DNA from: the human T2T-CHM13v2.0 reference genome, Homo sapiens
Direction: 5' to 3' (one strand)
Assembly (NCBI RefSeq): GCF_009914755.1
Contig: NC_060927.1
DNA: 64,000 bases
Positions within the stretch are counted from its first letter, which is position 1. Each line of letters starts with the position of its first letter. Below the pieces are notes generated by a model. It did no database searches. It saw nothing but the letters and a program-made list of their open reading frames with translations, and had not been told where the DNA came from. The translations under genes were made by a program, and so were the position numbers. This document shows positions 48,990-64,000 of this stretch, one piece after another.

Positions 48990-49460
48990 TTTTTAAGCTA
49001 TGGCCACCTAATAAACTACCCAAAACACAGTGGTTTAAAACAACAAGGATTGTACTATTTTTCAAAATTCTATGGGTCAGGAATTTGAACAGGGCACAGC
49101 TCCATCATATCTATTCCATATGCTGTCTGCTGCAGCTTAACGCCCAACACATCTGAAGTCTCAACTAGCATCACTGGAAAGACCAAGGACAAATGAGACC
49201 CCTTAAATTGAGGTCATGTGTCTGGGGCTTCGCTCACATTGTCATCTGAGTGCTAGTGTGTTCTCTCCAGCGGGGTAGTCTGCCTTCTTACAAGGCAGCT
49301 TGGGGCTCCCAAGAGCTTAGACCTTGAACTGTGATGGCATTCCATTGGCTAAAGCAAGTCACAGGCCCAGCCCAGAGTCGAGAGGAAGGAAGCACACAGG
49401 GTACAAACACCAGGAGGCGTGGGATGCTGGTGGCCACCAATATATCCGACTACCATGCAT
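48990..49460 (-). mobile_element. MLT1 (MaLR) LTR
   Basis: CCCAAAACACAGTGGTTTAAAACAAC...CATTGGCTAAAGCAAGTCACAGGCCCAGCCCAG. Confidence 0.6.
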
Positions 49461-51579
49461 CAGATGGACTGGAATCCAGATCCGGTCTACGGGCTATATT
49501 GCCTTGGCTTGATTTCTTCACTTCTCTTAGCCACCATTTCCTTTCTTATCTGTAAAATAATTAGGATATCATTTCTCCCCGGGCAGAATCATTGTGTGCA
49601 TTCAATTATGCCTTGTGCCTGGAACCTTCGCTGCATGAGATTTCACAGAAGAGACTCAAGCATTAGAAAGGCATGTAGACTGTAAACCTGATGGGACCAT
49701 GAGAACATAAGCTCCTGGCAACCTGAAAAAAATCTTTGGGAGAGCTTCAGACTTCCAAGGAATCAGAAGTTGGAGGCAACGGTGTTTAAATCTCAAACAA
49801 AAAAATGATCCCAGTGAAAAAAATAGATAATATTATATGGTTGCAGGAGTGCAGAAGTTTTTCTTCTTTTTCTCTCCATCTTGACTTTTTTCTTCTCTTT
49901 AGCAATCTCTTGTGTCTATTTTAAGTTTACTCTTTTTCTTCTTATCTCTTACTGAATAATTTTCTCTGCCAAGTAACCTCTTGTTCTAGCTCAAAACCTG
50001 GAGCCTCAAGAAGCCCTTCCCATGTTTATCCACCTTCTTCTCTGGAAGAGTCCCCATAACTGGTCCCCACCAAGGCTGGAAGAAAGCAGAGCTCACACCC
50101 CACAGGAGGTCACGAGAATTCTGCCTGGGCTGTTCCTCCTGGCCTCCTGCCTTGCCATGTCCACTCTGAGGCCCCTCCCCCCACACGGTTCGAGGCTCCC
50201 TCAAATGGAAGGGATGTGTAAGCAAGTGACCTTTAACCCAATTAGAATCCTCCTGCAATCTGTGCTAATCTTCTTAGGTGTTAATATTTAGCATTACCTT
50301 GTACTACCCAGGTGCCAGTCAGGGCAGCTGCCTGAAGTCTTATCAGCAAACCCTTCAAAAACGCTTCCTTGCTTTTCTTCCCCCTGCTTCCTTGATGAGG
50401 ATTCTGGGGCTGGCAAGGGGTGGGTAGAAATGACTCTTCCTTTGAAAGTCAAAGATTTAATGAAGGGCACAGGAACTATTTCTCAGAGTCACTATCTGCT
50501 GCAGGATAATTAGCACTTTATTAAAGGCGCATATTTGATGTAACAGTGAGGAAGGTGATTGGTGCTTCTCAAGCTTGAAAGAGTGGATTCTGGTCCAGTA
50601 GGTCTGGGGTGGGTCCTGAGTTTCCAGATATCTAAGAAGCTTTCAGGAGACACTGCTCCTGGTGGAGGTGGTCTGGGAACCACATTTAGTGTACTAGTCA
50701 GGGTTCTCCAGAGAAACAGAACCAATAGGATACATACCTTTATGATATATACACACACAGATGTAGCACACATGGGAAGTCCTCAATGTCATCGACAGGT
50801 TTTAAGTGAAATGATGTATAACAAAACCAACTCTACCATAGGCTAGATGATACAAACAAGAATTAAATTTCTATGGCATATTTCTGGTCACAAAAACATC
50901 AGCGAACTTCTAAATAAACACTTATTAACATTGAAATAAATATGAGTTATTCATACATTTAAGAAAAATTAATAAAAATAAGTAGGATAATCATTTACCC
51001 AGTTTTTGGGGAATCATTGAGTGATGGTGATTATAGTGGCTGTGAAATAAAATCAAGAAATCAATGTTTGCAAAGTGAAAATTGTAAGGAGCACCTCCTG
51101 TGACCATAGGGCTCATAAACAATCACACATAGGGAGGGCTCAAAAAGTGCTTTTGTCCCACATTGTTTATTGTGGTGCATCTGTATGATTATCAGATACT
51201 TTACACATTTTTATTTTATAATAATTTGTATTTATCCATTCATTTTCCAACCTGCTTATTCAAGTACAGGGTTGCAGTGGCAGGAGCTTATCCCAGCAGT
51301 TCAGGGGCAAAGCAGGAACCAGCCCTGGACAAGACCCATTCCATTACAGGGCACACTCATGTGCACATGCACACTCACCAGACTGTAACCATTTAGATAC
51401 ACCAATTCACCTAATGTGCACATCTTTGGGATTCAGGAGGAACTCAAGAGTACTGGGGGAAACCCATGCAGACATGGGGAGAATGTGCAAACTCCACACA
51501 GACAGTGGCCCTGGCCAGGAATGAATTTTTTTTCTCGTCGACATTATAATGAAATGACGTTGAATGAAACGATGTTATT

Positions 51580-53345
<1,766 letters not shown>

Positions 53346-53699
53346 AAATGAAGAGGAGAGAGGAGGGGAGGGGAGGGAGGAAGGAAGGAAGGAGGAAGGA
53401 AGGAAGGAAGGAAGGAAGGAAGGAAGGAAGGGAAGGAAGGAAAGGAGGAAGAAGGGAAAGAGAAAGAAAGAAAAAGAGAAATAAAGAAAAGAAAGAGAAA
53501 GAAGAAAGGAAAGAAAGAACCGCTATTATTCAAGGACCTGCTGTATACTGCTGTGTGTGTATACACACACATACACACACACACTTAGCAAGGAAATGCT
53601 ACTAAGTAGTAAGGAAGGGGAGGGATGGGCTATGGACATCTTTCTGCAGCTCTGAGAAGCAGCAAACAACTCTCCATTTTTCCAGACATCTCTTAGCAG

Positions 53700-53920
53700 C
53701 AAAGAGCTTGGGATTTTGAGTCAGACAAGGCTGAGGCTGTCTTCTAGTCTGCTTTCTACTCCTTGTGGTCTTGGGCAAGTCATTTGAGCTGAGAGTCAGT
53801 TCCCTCATGTAAAAAATGGGGCGGGGATAACATCAATCTCTCTGAATTGTTCAGGGGATGTTGTGCCACAGTGAGTATGATGGCCTAGCAATGCCTGGCA
53901 CATAGTGGGCCTCCACAAAT
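53700..53920 (+). mobile_element. MIR
   Basis: GTCTTGGGCAAGTCATTT...TGCCTGGCACATAG. Confidence 0.7.
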
Positions 53921-55117
53921 GGTACCACGTCTTGCTATTGCAAGGATGGAATCCAGAAACCTAAGCAAGCACTCACTGTCTTCAGCTTTTCCATATTCAG
54001 AGTGAGGATGTGGCTTTGTTTTCACAGGTCGAGAGTTAATTAACAGCAGTGTTAGTGGGTGTGCTCCCAAGTTCAGATGGATTTCTGCTTTGATGGGTAC
54101 ACTTCAGCCACCCTAGGGCAAAATGAAGTCATGCTTTGGAAGCGGGAAGAGAAGGCCTCCTTCTCATTAGCTGTTACACCCTCACATGTTTAAGTGTTTT
54201 TCATAGACTTTGTTTTCCATTATTAAGTGACACCCTTAGTAACAGACATCCTTGTCACAGATCCTTCTCAAATGGCAAAAAATGAGAACATTTCACAGTT
54301 CTTGTGAGTTCAAGTCCATTTTTTTCTCCTTAACTCACAAAAGCATTTTCTTTGCCTCCATGTGTTTTATTCCTAAGCTTCTGACATTCCCAGACTTCCT
54401 ACCTAAGCTGCCATACCTGTAAATCCTTTAAAGGACTTACTCTGTTTGTCTGAACTTTCAAATTACTTTAAAATAACTATGGACTGTTCTGCTGATAAGC
54501 AGAAGATAGGACCAACTTATTTCTCTGGGTTTCTCCTGTTTTGACTCTTGCCATTTACTCCGACATGTTATTTAAATTTTACTGATGATTCAACAGAAGC
54601 TGCCACCAGCAAAAGCAGTTGTTTTGTGCCTGAGAACATCCTTCTGCTGGCCTAATTGTCTGTGATGACAACAACAACCTGATTTCTTTGGCTTTCTCTC
54701 TCAAGATGCTTGGGAAGAGTTGTAGCAACAGCATGTATGATTAATTCATTAACATATCTCCAAATTTCTTTCTCCTTACTTATAGGACTGGTTTATTACA
54801 GCAGTTTTAAAAAGACTAGATCTTGAGCACAGTCATCGTCTCTTCATTTAGCAAAATGAAGCAAAATTTAGCAAAATTCCTAAACTGCAATTGCTACGAT
54901 TTCTAAATTAAGAGAACAAAATTGGGCAATGGGAGGTATAGAGTATAGAGTTGTCAAGAAAGAAAGGAAGTTAATGGAGCAAGGCTGAATAGTGTGACTT
55001 GGGAAATCAAAGATGGTGCCCAAATGGTTTACTTCGCTAGCTGCGAAAGTGTGTTAACCAACCTGATTTGCATTTCAGAGACCTCCTGAATTCAAATTAA
55101 GGGTTTTTTGTTCTTGC

Positions 55118-55410
<293 letters not shown>

Positions 55411-56668
55411 AGGTTGTTTTTTTTAAGCCTTAAAGCAATTTAGCACTAATTAGTATATAAAATGTTTTACATTTAAGAAACAAAGATAGGTCGTGAGATA
55501 GGTTAATTGGGAGGAAATTTTGATGAAGAAAAAATATAAACAAAAGCAAGAGGAGTATAAATTTGTTTTTCCTCCAGAGACCACATACTCAAGCAATGTT
55601 GATGAAATTTAACACAATAGGAGAAGAAAGAGAAGAAATACTTTCACTGGATTCTTGGAGGCCCTTACTCTCGATTGAATGCTCCCAGGTGGTCCTTCAA
55701 CTTCTTATTTTTAATGATCCCTTGGTATTAACTTGTTAAAAGGTTTAAGTGTTAATTGCTAATGTCTAATCATTTAACTTGTTTTCTTTAAGTTTTAAGT
55801 GTTTACACTAGTACTAAACAAGTATCTGGCTAGGATGTTAGGAAGAAGTTTCTGAACTGGGACAGAGTTTAGACTAGAATGATGACCCCCAAGTTTTCTC
55901 CTAACGTCAAGATTCAACAAAATCCTTGGTTCTAGAACAGTCTAGGGATTTTCCTCTCTCATAGCTCTTGGCATTTAGAGTACAACTCTGGGTATGCTGG
56001 GGTGTTCTCAGGTCCTTTTATTTTGCTGCCTCTAACCAAAGCTACTGGTCTTAGGCCAGAGGGGTGCTTTGCCAGTAATAATTCCTTTTCATGAAAGGAA
56101 GTGTTCACATTTCAACCCCATTATTGAGTGTAAGTTCTAAATCCTTCCCTGCTGTTCCTTGGAATTGTAATTTAACATAACTGGTAGCACCAGAACGCAG
56201 TAAAACACATGCTTCTACTTGCGAGATTATTATGTAAATGATGCAGTTTCATTATTGCCTTTCGGAGCCATCCTTCATGTACTAGTATCTATGTGAACTG
56301 TTTTTCAAAGGGTTCAATAGAGAAAAATGTTAGAATAGTTGTAATTAAATTAATTCTTTTTTACTTTAACTTTTATGATTTTTAGTGTGTTTATTACAGA
56401 GTAATTAGAAAGCATAGTAAAGAGAAAAATAACAGTAGCACTTTATGTGGAAGGCTGTTTTTGTTGTTATACTAGCAGAATTTGAGTTTCGTGGGTCCAT
56501 GACTGGGGGTGGCATCCTTTAACATTTTTCTCTAACTGGGATGCCTTCTTTTTTGAAGAATCTTATCCCTAGAAAAGTTTGTTTTATTGAGGAGGATTTC
56601 CATGAAAATTATACCTATTCTAGACTTTTTTAAAAGGCAATTCCAATAAGTAAACTAGAAATTAATAG

Positions 56669-57067
<399 letters not shown>

Positions 57068-57229
57068 TCTATTACACATTTTAAGGTTAAAATACATGTA
57101 CATGAATCATTAAAAAGTTCAGAAAGAAATAAAATGAAGCATAAGAGCCTTCCTTCCCCTTCACCTCCAGTTTTTCCCCCTAAAGGGACTTAAGTTTCTT
57201 CTCTATACTTCTAAAATATGGGGATCAGG

Positions 57230-58300
57230 ATCAGATGAGGTCCCTAACCTCTTGGAACCTATACCCTTGTAGAGGAGCCCATTATTAATGAAATGATTAG
57301 ACAATTACAACATTGCAATTGTGGCAAGTGCCTACCAAGGAAAGCTATTAGGTGCCATGAGAGCCTGTAGCTGGGGTACGTGGCCAGGAGATGGGAAGGC
57401 TGCAAAGGTTTCCAGAATGAAGTGACACTTGAGTTGAAAGGGGAGATAGGAATTAACTAGGTCAAGAGGACCAGGTGGAGATGGAGAGTATTTCAGGAAG
57501 AAAAACAGCATGTGCAAAGCCCTGTAGTGGGAGGATGGCTCATATGAAAGACTGACAGGCAGAGAGTGAACAGCACAAAGGGAGCATGGGAAAGATAAGG
57601 CCAAGAGGGAGATAGAGGCTAGACCATAAAAAGCGTTACAAACCATATGAAGAATGGTTTCCATCCTAAGAGCAAGAGTGTGACAGATTGGTGCCCATCT
57701 ATTCTACCCTTTGGTGTGACTGCAGAGGCTGGAAAGCTAAAAACTACATTCACAAACACCTTGCAACTAGGGCACTGGAGGCATCTAGATTCAGCCAATC
57801 AGATTCACTCACATGAGGCCTAGAAGGTGGAGATGAGGCAAGTCCATGCTTCACTGTTTCTGCAGTTTCTGCTGGTGAGCATGGTCCAGAGCATAGTTAG
57901 GAAGTGCTCTGGGGTCAAGGGGTCCAATTTCTTTCTAAGAACATGTGGGGGTGTTTTAAATTTATTTATTCATTTGGCCATTGCAGATCTAGGAGAGGCA
58001 GCATTACTCTGGAGCCAACAAGTATAGCAGTAGCAATGCCCTCATCCCTGGATAAGATCATGTGCTGTGGAGCCCACAGTTCCAGTGGCAGCTCCCCATT
58101 TCTCCATTTGGGATGAAGATAACAGCTCCCTTAATAGTCCAGTTCTATTGTATTCTGAAAGTCATTCCTGGGGACCCAATCTGGAACCCACTCCCCTTAG
58201 TTCTCCCAACAGTTTCATAAGCACTTAATTCCCTGTATCAAACTCCTTTTTGCTGGGAAGAGTCATAGGTAAGTTGTCTGCAAACGAACCCTCACAGATA
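57230..58300. mobile_element. L2 fragment (-, ~57230-57678) and ERVL LTR (LTR50/LTR41-like, ~57679-58300)
   Basis: L2 motif AACAGCATGTGCAAAGCCCTG; LTR motif GGCTGGAAAGCTAAAAACTACATT. Confidence 0.55.
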
Positions 58301-58424
58301 AAAATCAAAGCTAGTGAAACTTTTGAGGCAGGAGAGTGCTAAGATCAGATGACCTCAATATGGAAAGTTAGCCGGAGGGCTTTAGGGTGGGTATGTGAAG
58401 GCCAATTAGAAAGCTATTTGTTCA

Positions 58425-59083
<659 letters not shown>

Positions 59084-60420
59084 TAATATTTTGTTTACTT
59101 AAGTGCAGTGACCTTGTTTCTAATCATAAGGCCGAGTTTCCCATGATTGGTGTTTTAAGTGGAATATTGATGTTTATGTGGAATATTTTTCTTTCGCTCC
59201 CTGTGGATAAAACATCTTAATAACCATAGGATCAGAATCTGAAGCTGCTAGAAATCAACACCCTAAGCGTTCTTTCATCCATCCCCATTCTCAGCAGGAT
59301 CCAGCAAGAACATCCCAAAGAAATGAAAACTTACTTGTTTTGAAGAGACACAGCAAAGATACTGTGGGGCAAGGAAGAACAAACCAACAGTAAAACATGT
59401 ACTCCAAGCAAGAAAGAGGTTTCTGCTTATACTTTTAAAAAATCATAAAAGATGAATTCATTATTATCCCAAGACATCTTGAATCAGAAATTTGGGTACC
59501 TAATTATTCCATAAAATTAAAATGACAGCATCTTTGGAGAGACAGTTGCCTGGCAACTCAAACCAGGAGATTGTCTTTAGATCCTCTGCAATCATGTGTG
59601 TCTATTTTGGTTTTTGTGTTGAGCTCATTTCCTTCCCTGCAATCCAAAACTGAACAATTTCTGGAGTAAAATTCCACTCAGAAAAAAGACTATTTTCTTT
59701 CAGAAGATATTTTTATTAGTAAGTGCAGCTGTCTGCATGCAGTTGAATCGCTCTATTTTCAGGGCTGGTGTGTGAACATATGAGAAAAGAAAAAATCCCA
59801 GCTGAGAGGAGGTTTCAGATGGAGTTGTATGTTTTGAGACCAAAAGCCAGACACCAGCTTTCTAAGAGAAAAATCTGGTTCAGCATCTCACAAAAGATCA
59901 AAGTATAATTTAACCAGGTGAGAGGAGCTTTGCAAACTCCTACCTCTTCATTGAAGCAAGGAGGGCTATCCAGGTAGGCTTTTCCTTTTCAAGATTAGAA
60001 GCCCTGAGTCTCCCATCTCCTGAATTAGTGATCTGGTTCCAGATTTTTTCATTCTGTGTATAGACCAAAAAAAGTTAGATAACTGCATTATTTATGATTC
60101 TTTTTATTATAAGCAAGAGAACTCAAGTTGAGAGAACTTACACAAAAGAGAATTTACCAAAAGATTTGGGACACTCACAAAAGGCCCTCCAAATAACTTG
60201 GAAATGGGCAAGAACCACAGAAGGGTCCAGAAGAAACCTGTGCTGAGATAAGTCAATTTCAACAGTCTATTCTGTCTTTGTATTACTCACTCAAAACTCA
60301 TAATCCCAGGAGAGAGTGTTGAATTGGCTGAGTTGAGATTACGTGTCTGGGCCTGCTGTACTAGGGCAATAAGAGGAAGAGTCCTGTGGAAGGAACACGC
60401 AGTAACTCCTTCAGCTTCTA

Positions 60421-60810
<390 letters not shown>

Positions 60811-62299
60811 TCTGGTTCTATTAGGAAGAGGGAATGAAGGCCAAAAATATCAAATGTTCATCACTGTCTAAGTTGAGTTCCCAGAAGAAGAAACCGAGGC
60901 AGGGATTCTTGTACTAGAGACATATTGAAGATGTACTTTCAGTAGAAATCTGTAAGAAGGTAAAGGATAGAGCAGGGGCAGAGGTGAAACAATGATAGGG
61001 TTTCAGCTGAAGTCTAATTTCAGCCTGATCCCATGGACGGTGTGAATTACATCACAGAGTCGTCGTCTTTAAGGAAAGGGCTCAACATTTGTTTATCTCC
61101 CTGCCCCCATATCAGTCAGTCATTGGGTGCATGATGTCCTGATAGAAAATATAACCTCCCAAGCATTTCTAGAGAGAAGTGTACGTTTGTGCCATTAGCA
61201 GGCAATGCTTATAGTAGCTGGGGCTGGGGATGCCACCACAGTAAAGGGGATGAGGGTGGTGCACTGACATTATTGATTACAATTATAATAATAAAGGCAA
61301 GGTACCTGAATTTAATTTGCTAAGTCCAGACTTCCCGTCTATGAACTGCCACATCCCATGATTACCATAGGACCCTGGGACTACCACTAATTCTGGGACA
61401 GAATAAAGGAAAGAGATGGATTATTTATTGTGCGGCTGTTTCATTGTGGAAAATGATGTGATTAACAAAGAAATGCCAATAGAGAGTATAAAGAGGTAAA
61501 TTTTCTTTAACCATTTCTCATTTGCCCCAAGAACCCTGCACTGGCAGCAAGCTGCACTTTTTTTTTTCCTAAATTATAAATGGGTTAAACAAAAAAAGAT
61601 GTGGAAACTTACGGACATTTTCAATGAACAATGGCTAAAGGAGAGAGGGTTCTAGGAAGGAGGGCACCGAAAAAAATTAAACTAATATACTTTCTAATGC
61701 ATTTGAAGAAATGAACCAGAAAAAAAATATTGAAAAACTCTTATAGACCTAATGGGCAATTTGGGAATAATTAGTGATACAGGCACAGAAAATAAAACAA
61801 ACAAAAGGTTGTTAACTCTAGAAAAAAACCAAAAAGTTGTACAAGAAAGAAAATGTAACTACAATTAACAACACTTACCACATAAATAAGCAACATTACT
61901 CATTATATTATGATTAATATAAAATATATACATAAAGGGAAAGCCATTGAATAGAATTTGATCCTCGTCATCCATAATGGGAGGATATGCTGGGTATTTG
62001 CTTATTTGTTCTTAAATTCATTTCCTGCCTTTCCCCTTCCCAGGCTCATATTGCACAGGCTACTTCTGTAAACTATGCTTCCAAGATCTCGATGACTGTT
62101 TTGGCTGAGTTCAGCCAACAGGAAGTGGTAGCCAGGGATTGGAGGATGGCAGTGAAGGAGACACCAGGATATTTCTCCTTCCCACTCTTTCTGCCTTAGA
62201 TAGAGCCCCTCTGGCTCTGGAGATAATAATGATTGTTTCCTGCAGCTGCTTAAGTTAAGGGTACCTCCACTTCCCCTAATTATCCTTCCAGGTTTTCTA

Positions 62300-62860
62300 A
62301 GCCAGGGTTCTCAACCTCAACACTATTGACATTTTGGTCTGGATGGCTCTTTGTTTTGGGGGATTGTCCTGTGTATTATAAAATGAGTTGCAGCATTCCT
62401 TGAGAGACTCCATCCACTAGATACCAGTAGTCACCACCCAGCTGTGACAACAAAAATGTCTCCAGAAATTGCCAAATGTTCCCTAGGGGGCAAAATCACC
62501 CCTAATTAAGAACTAAAGGCTGGGCCGGGCGCAGTGGCTCACACCTGTAATCCCAGCACTTTGGGTGGCCGAGGTGGATGGATCACTTGAGCCAGGAGTT
62601 TGAGACCAGCCTGGCCAACATGGTGACCATGTTGAGATGTAACCCATCTCTACTAAAAATACAAAAATTAGCCGGGCGTGGTGGCGTGCACTTATAATCC
62701 CACCTGCTCAGGAGGCTGATGCAGGAGAATCGCCTGAACCTGGGAGGCAGAGGTTGCAGTGAGCCGAGCTCGTGCCACTGCACTCCAGCCTGGGCGACAG
62801 AGTAAGACTCTGTCTCAAAAAAAAAAAAAAAAAAAAAGAAGAGAAAAGAAAAGAAAAGAA
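62300..62860. mobile_element. MER20-like hAT (62300-62515) and AluS (+, 62519-62860)
   Basis: GTTCTCAACCTCAACACTATTGACATTTTGG...AAAATGTCTCCAGAAATTGCCAAATG, then an Alu. Confidence 0.8.
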
Positions 62861-63172
62861 CTGAAGTTCCAACCCCTTTATAACTGTATTAAATTTTCTC
62901 TACTAAATTTGCTAAGGGTTTTAGTTTTCTGACTTGAAGCTGACTGATTCAGAAAGCTATAAACAATGTCTAAATTTGATCAATCAGAAATTAACACAAT
63001 AAGCATATTATTTAGAAATATGCAACCAATAAAAGAATAAACAAATAAGAGTATTGAATGTAGTTGCTTCTAGAGTGTAGGTCTGGAGAACAAAGGAGAG
63101 GTGATTTTGAACTTTTTAATATTTTGTTTTTTAAAATGTATGCATATATAGCTAATAAAAATAAAATACTGG

Positions 63173-63465
63173 GGCCCGGTGCGGTGGCTCACGCCTGTAA
63201 TACCAGCACTTTGGGAGCCCGAGGCGGGAGGATCACGAGATCGAGACCATCCTGGTTAACACGGTGAAACCCCGTCTCTACTAAAAATACTAAAAATTAG
63301 CCGGGTGTGGTGGCGGGCGCCTGGAGTCCCAGCTACTCGGAAGCTGAGGCAAGAGAATTTCGTGAACCTGGGAGGCGGAGCTTGCAGTAAGCGGAGATTT
63401 CGTCACTGCACTCCACCTGGGGCAAGACAGTGAGACTCCATCTCAAAAAAATAAATAAATAAAAT
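63173..63465 (+). mobile_element. AluY-like
   Basis: Y diagnostics; TSD AATAAAATACTGGG. Confidence 0.88.
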
Positions 63466-64000
63466 ACTGGGAAAAGAGAACATGAGCAATTCAGTATTCT
63501 AAGTAGAAAGCTCCAGGCAGAGGCTTAAAATTCTTATTCTCAAAAACTGATTAAAGAAGTGCTTATTCTGATCTTTTGTTTTTAATCTTACCTAAACCAT
63601 ATTCTCTTATATTTTACCCAGAGCCAAGTATGGCAGTCACCTAGCTTTTATAAATGAGTCATATTTATTTCTTTTCCAAGATATCTCCAGGCTGCCTCCT
63701 CCCAAATGGTTTTGGTTGCAGAACTGGCTTACCTGGTTGTAATCATGTAGTAGTCAGAGAAAACTACTAAAGGCACTATTGTAAATATTACAGGAACACT
63801 GAAATAACATTAGAGTCCCTGGATCTGTGTGGGTTGTGTCCCTCCAGAAAAGGTAGAGGGGAAGGTTTGCAGATGTTGCTTTACTGACTTGTGTCAATGT
63901 TTCTTATTTCAATAGCATGCCTTTCCCAAATCTCCATTCATCTCATCTCCCAAACACTGTGATTTCTACCATCAGCTCTGGTTTATCTTTGTCTCTCCCC

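Overview
Primate, most likely human, genomic DNA that is very Alu-rich. The only protein-coding gene I can support is the 5' end of DYNC1LI1 (cytoplasmic dynein 1 light intermediate chain 1) on the minus strand. Coding exon 1 (17569-17714) and exon 2 (17290-17363) lie in a CpG-island promoter (~16990-18370), and positions 1-17289 are intron 2; exon 3 was not found in the window. The ~46 kb upstream is intergenic. It contains a solo LTR12C/ERV9 LTR (25525-26786), a CpG-rich processed POLE4 pseudogene (~39615-40265, minus), a short 3'UTR retrocopy of an unidentified mRNA (48268-48488), about 55-60 Alus, and L2, MIR, old L1, ERVL/MaLR LTR and DNA-transposon fossils. The most notable observations are: (1) an in-frame 123-nt antisense-Alu cassette exon candidate that would insert 41 aa immediately before the DYNC1LI1 P-loop; (2) an apparent local hypermutation zone downstream of the LTR12C transcription start; (3) CpG retention or gain in the POLE4 retrocopy and its neighbours, next to a well-formed orphan exon; (4) a snaR-like monomeric Alu derivative; (5) several templated-insertion scars. 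Repeat family names and parent-gene comparisons come from recalled consensus sequences, not database searches, and repeat boundaries are approximate. No prokaryote-type system (CRISPR etc.) is present.
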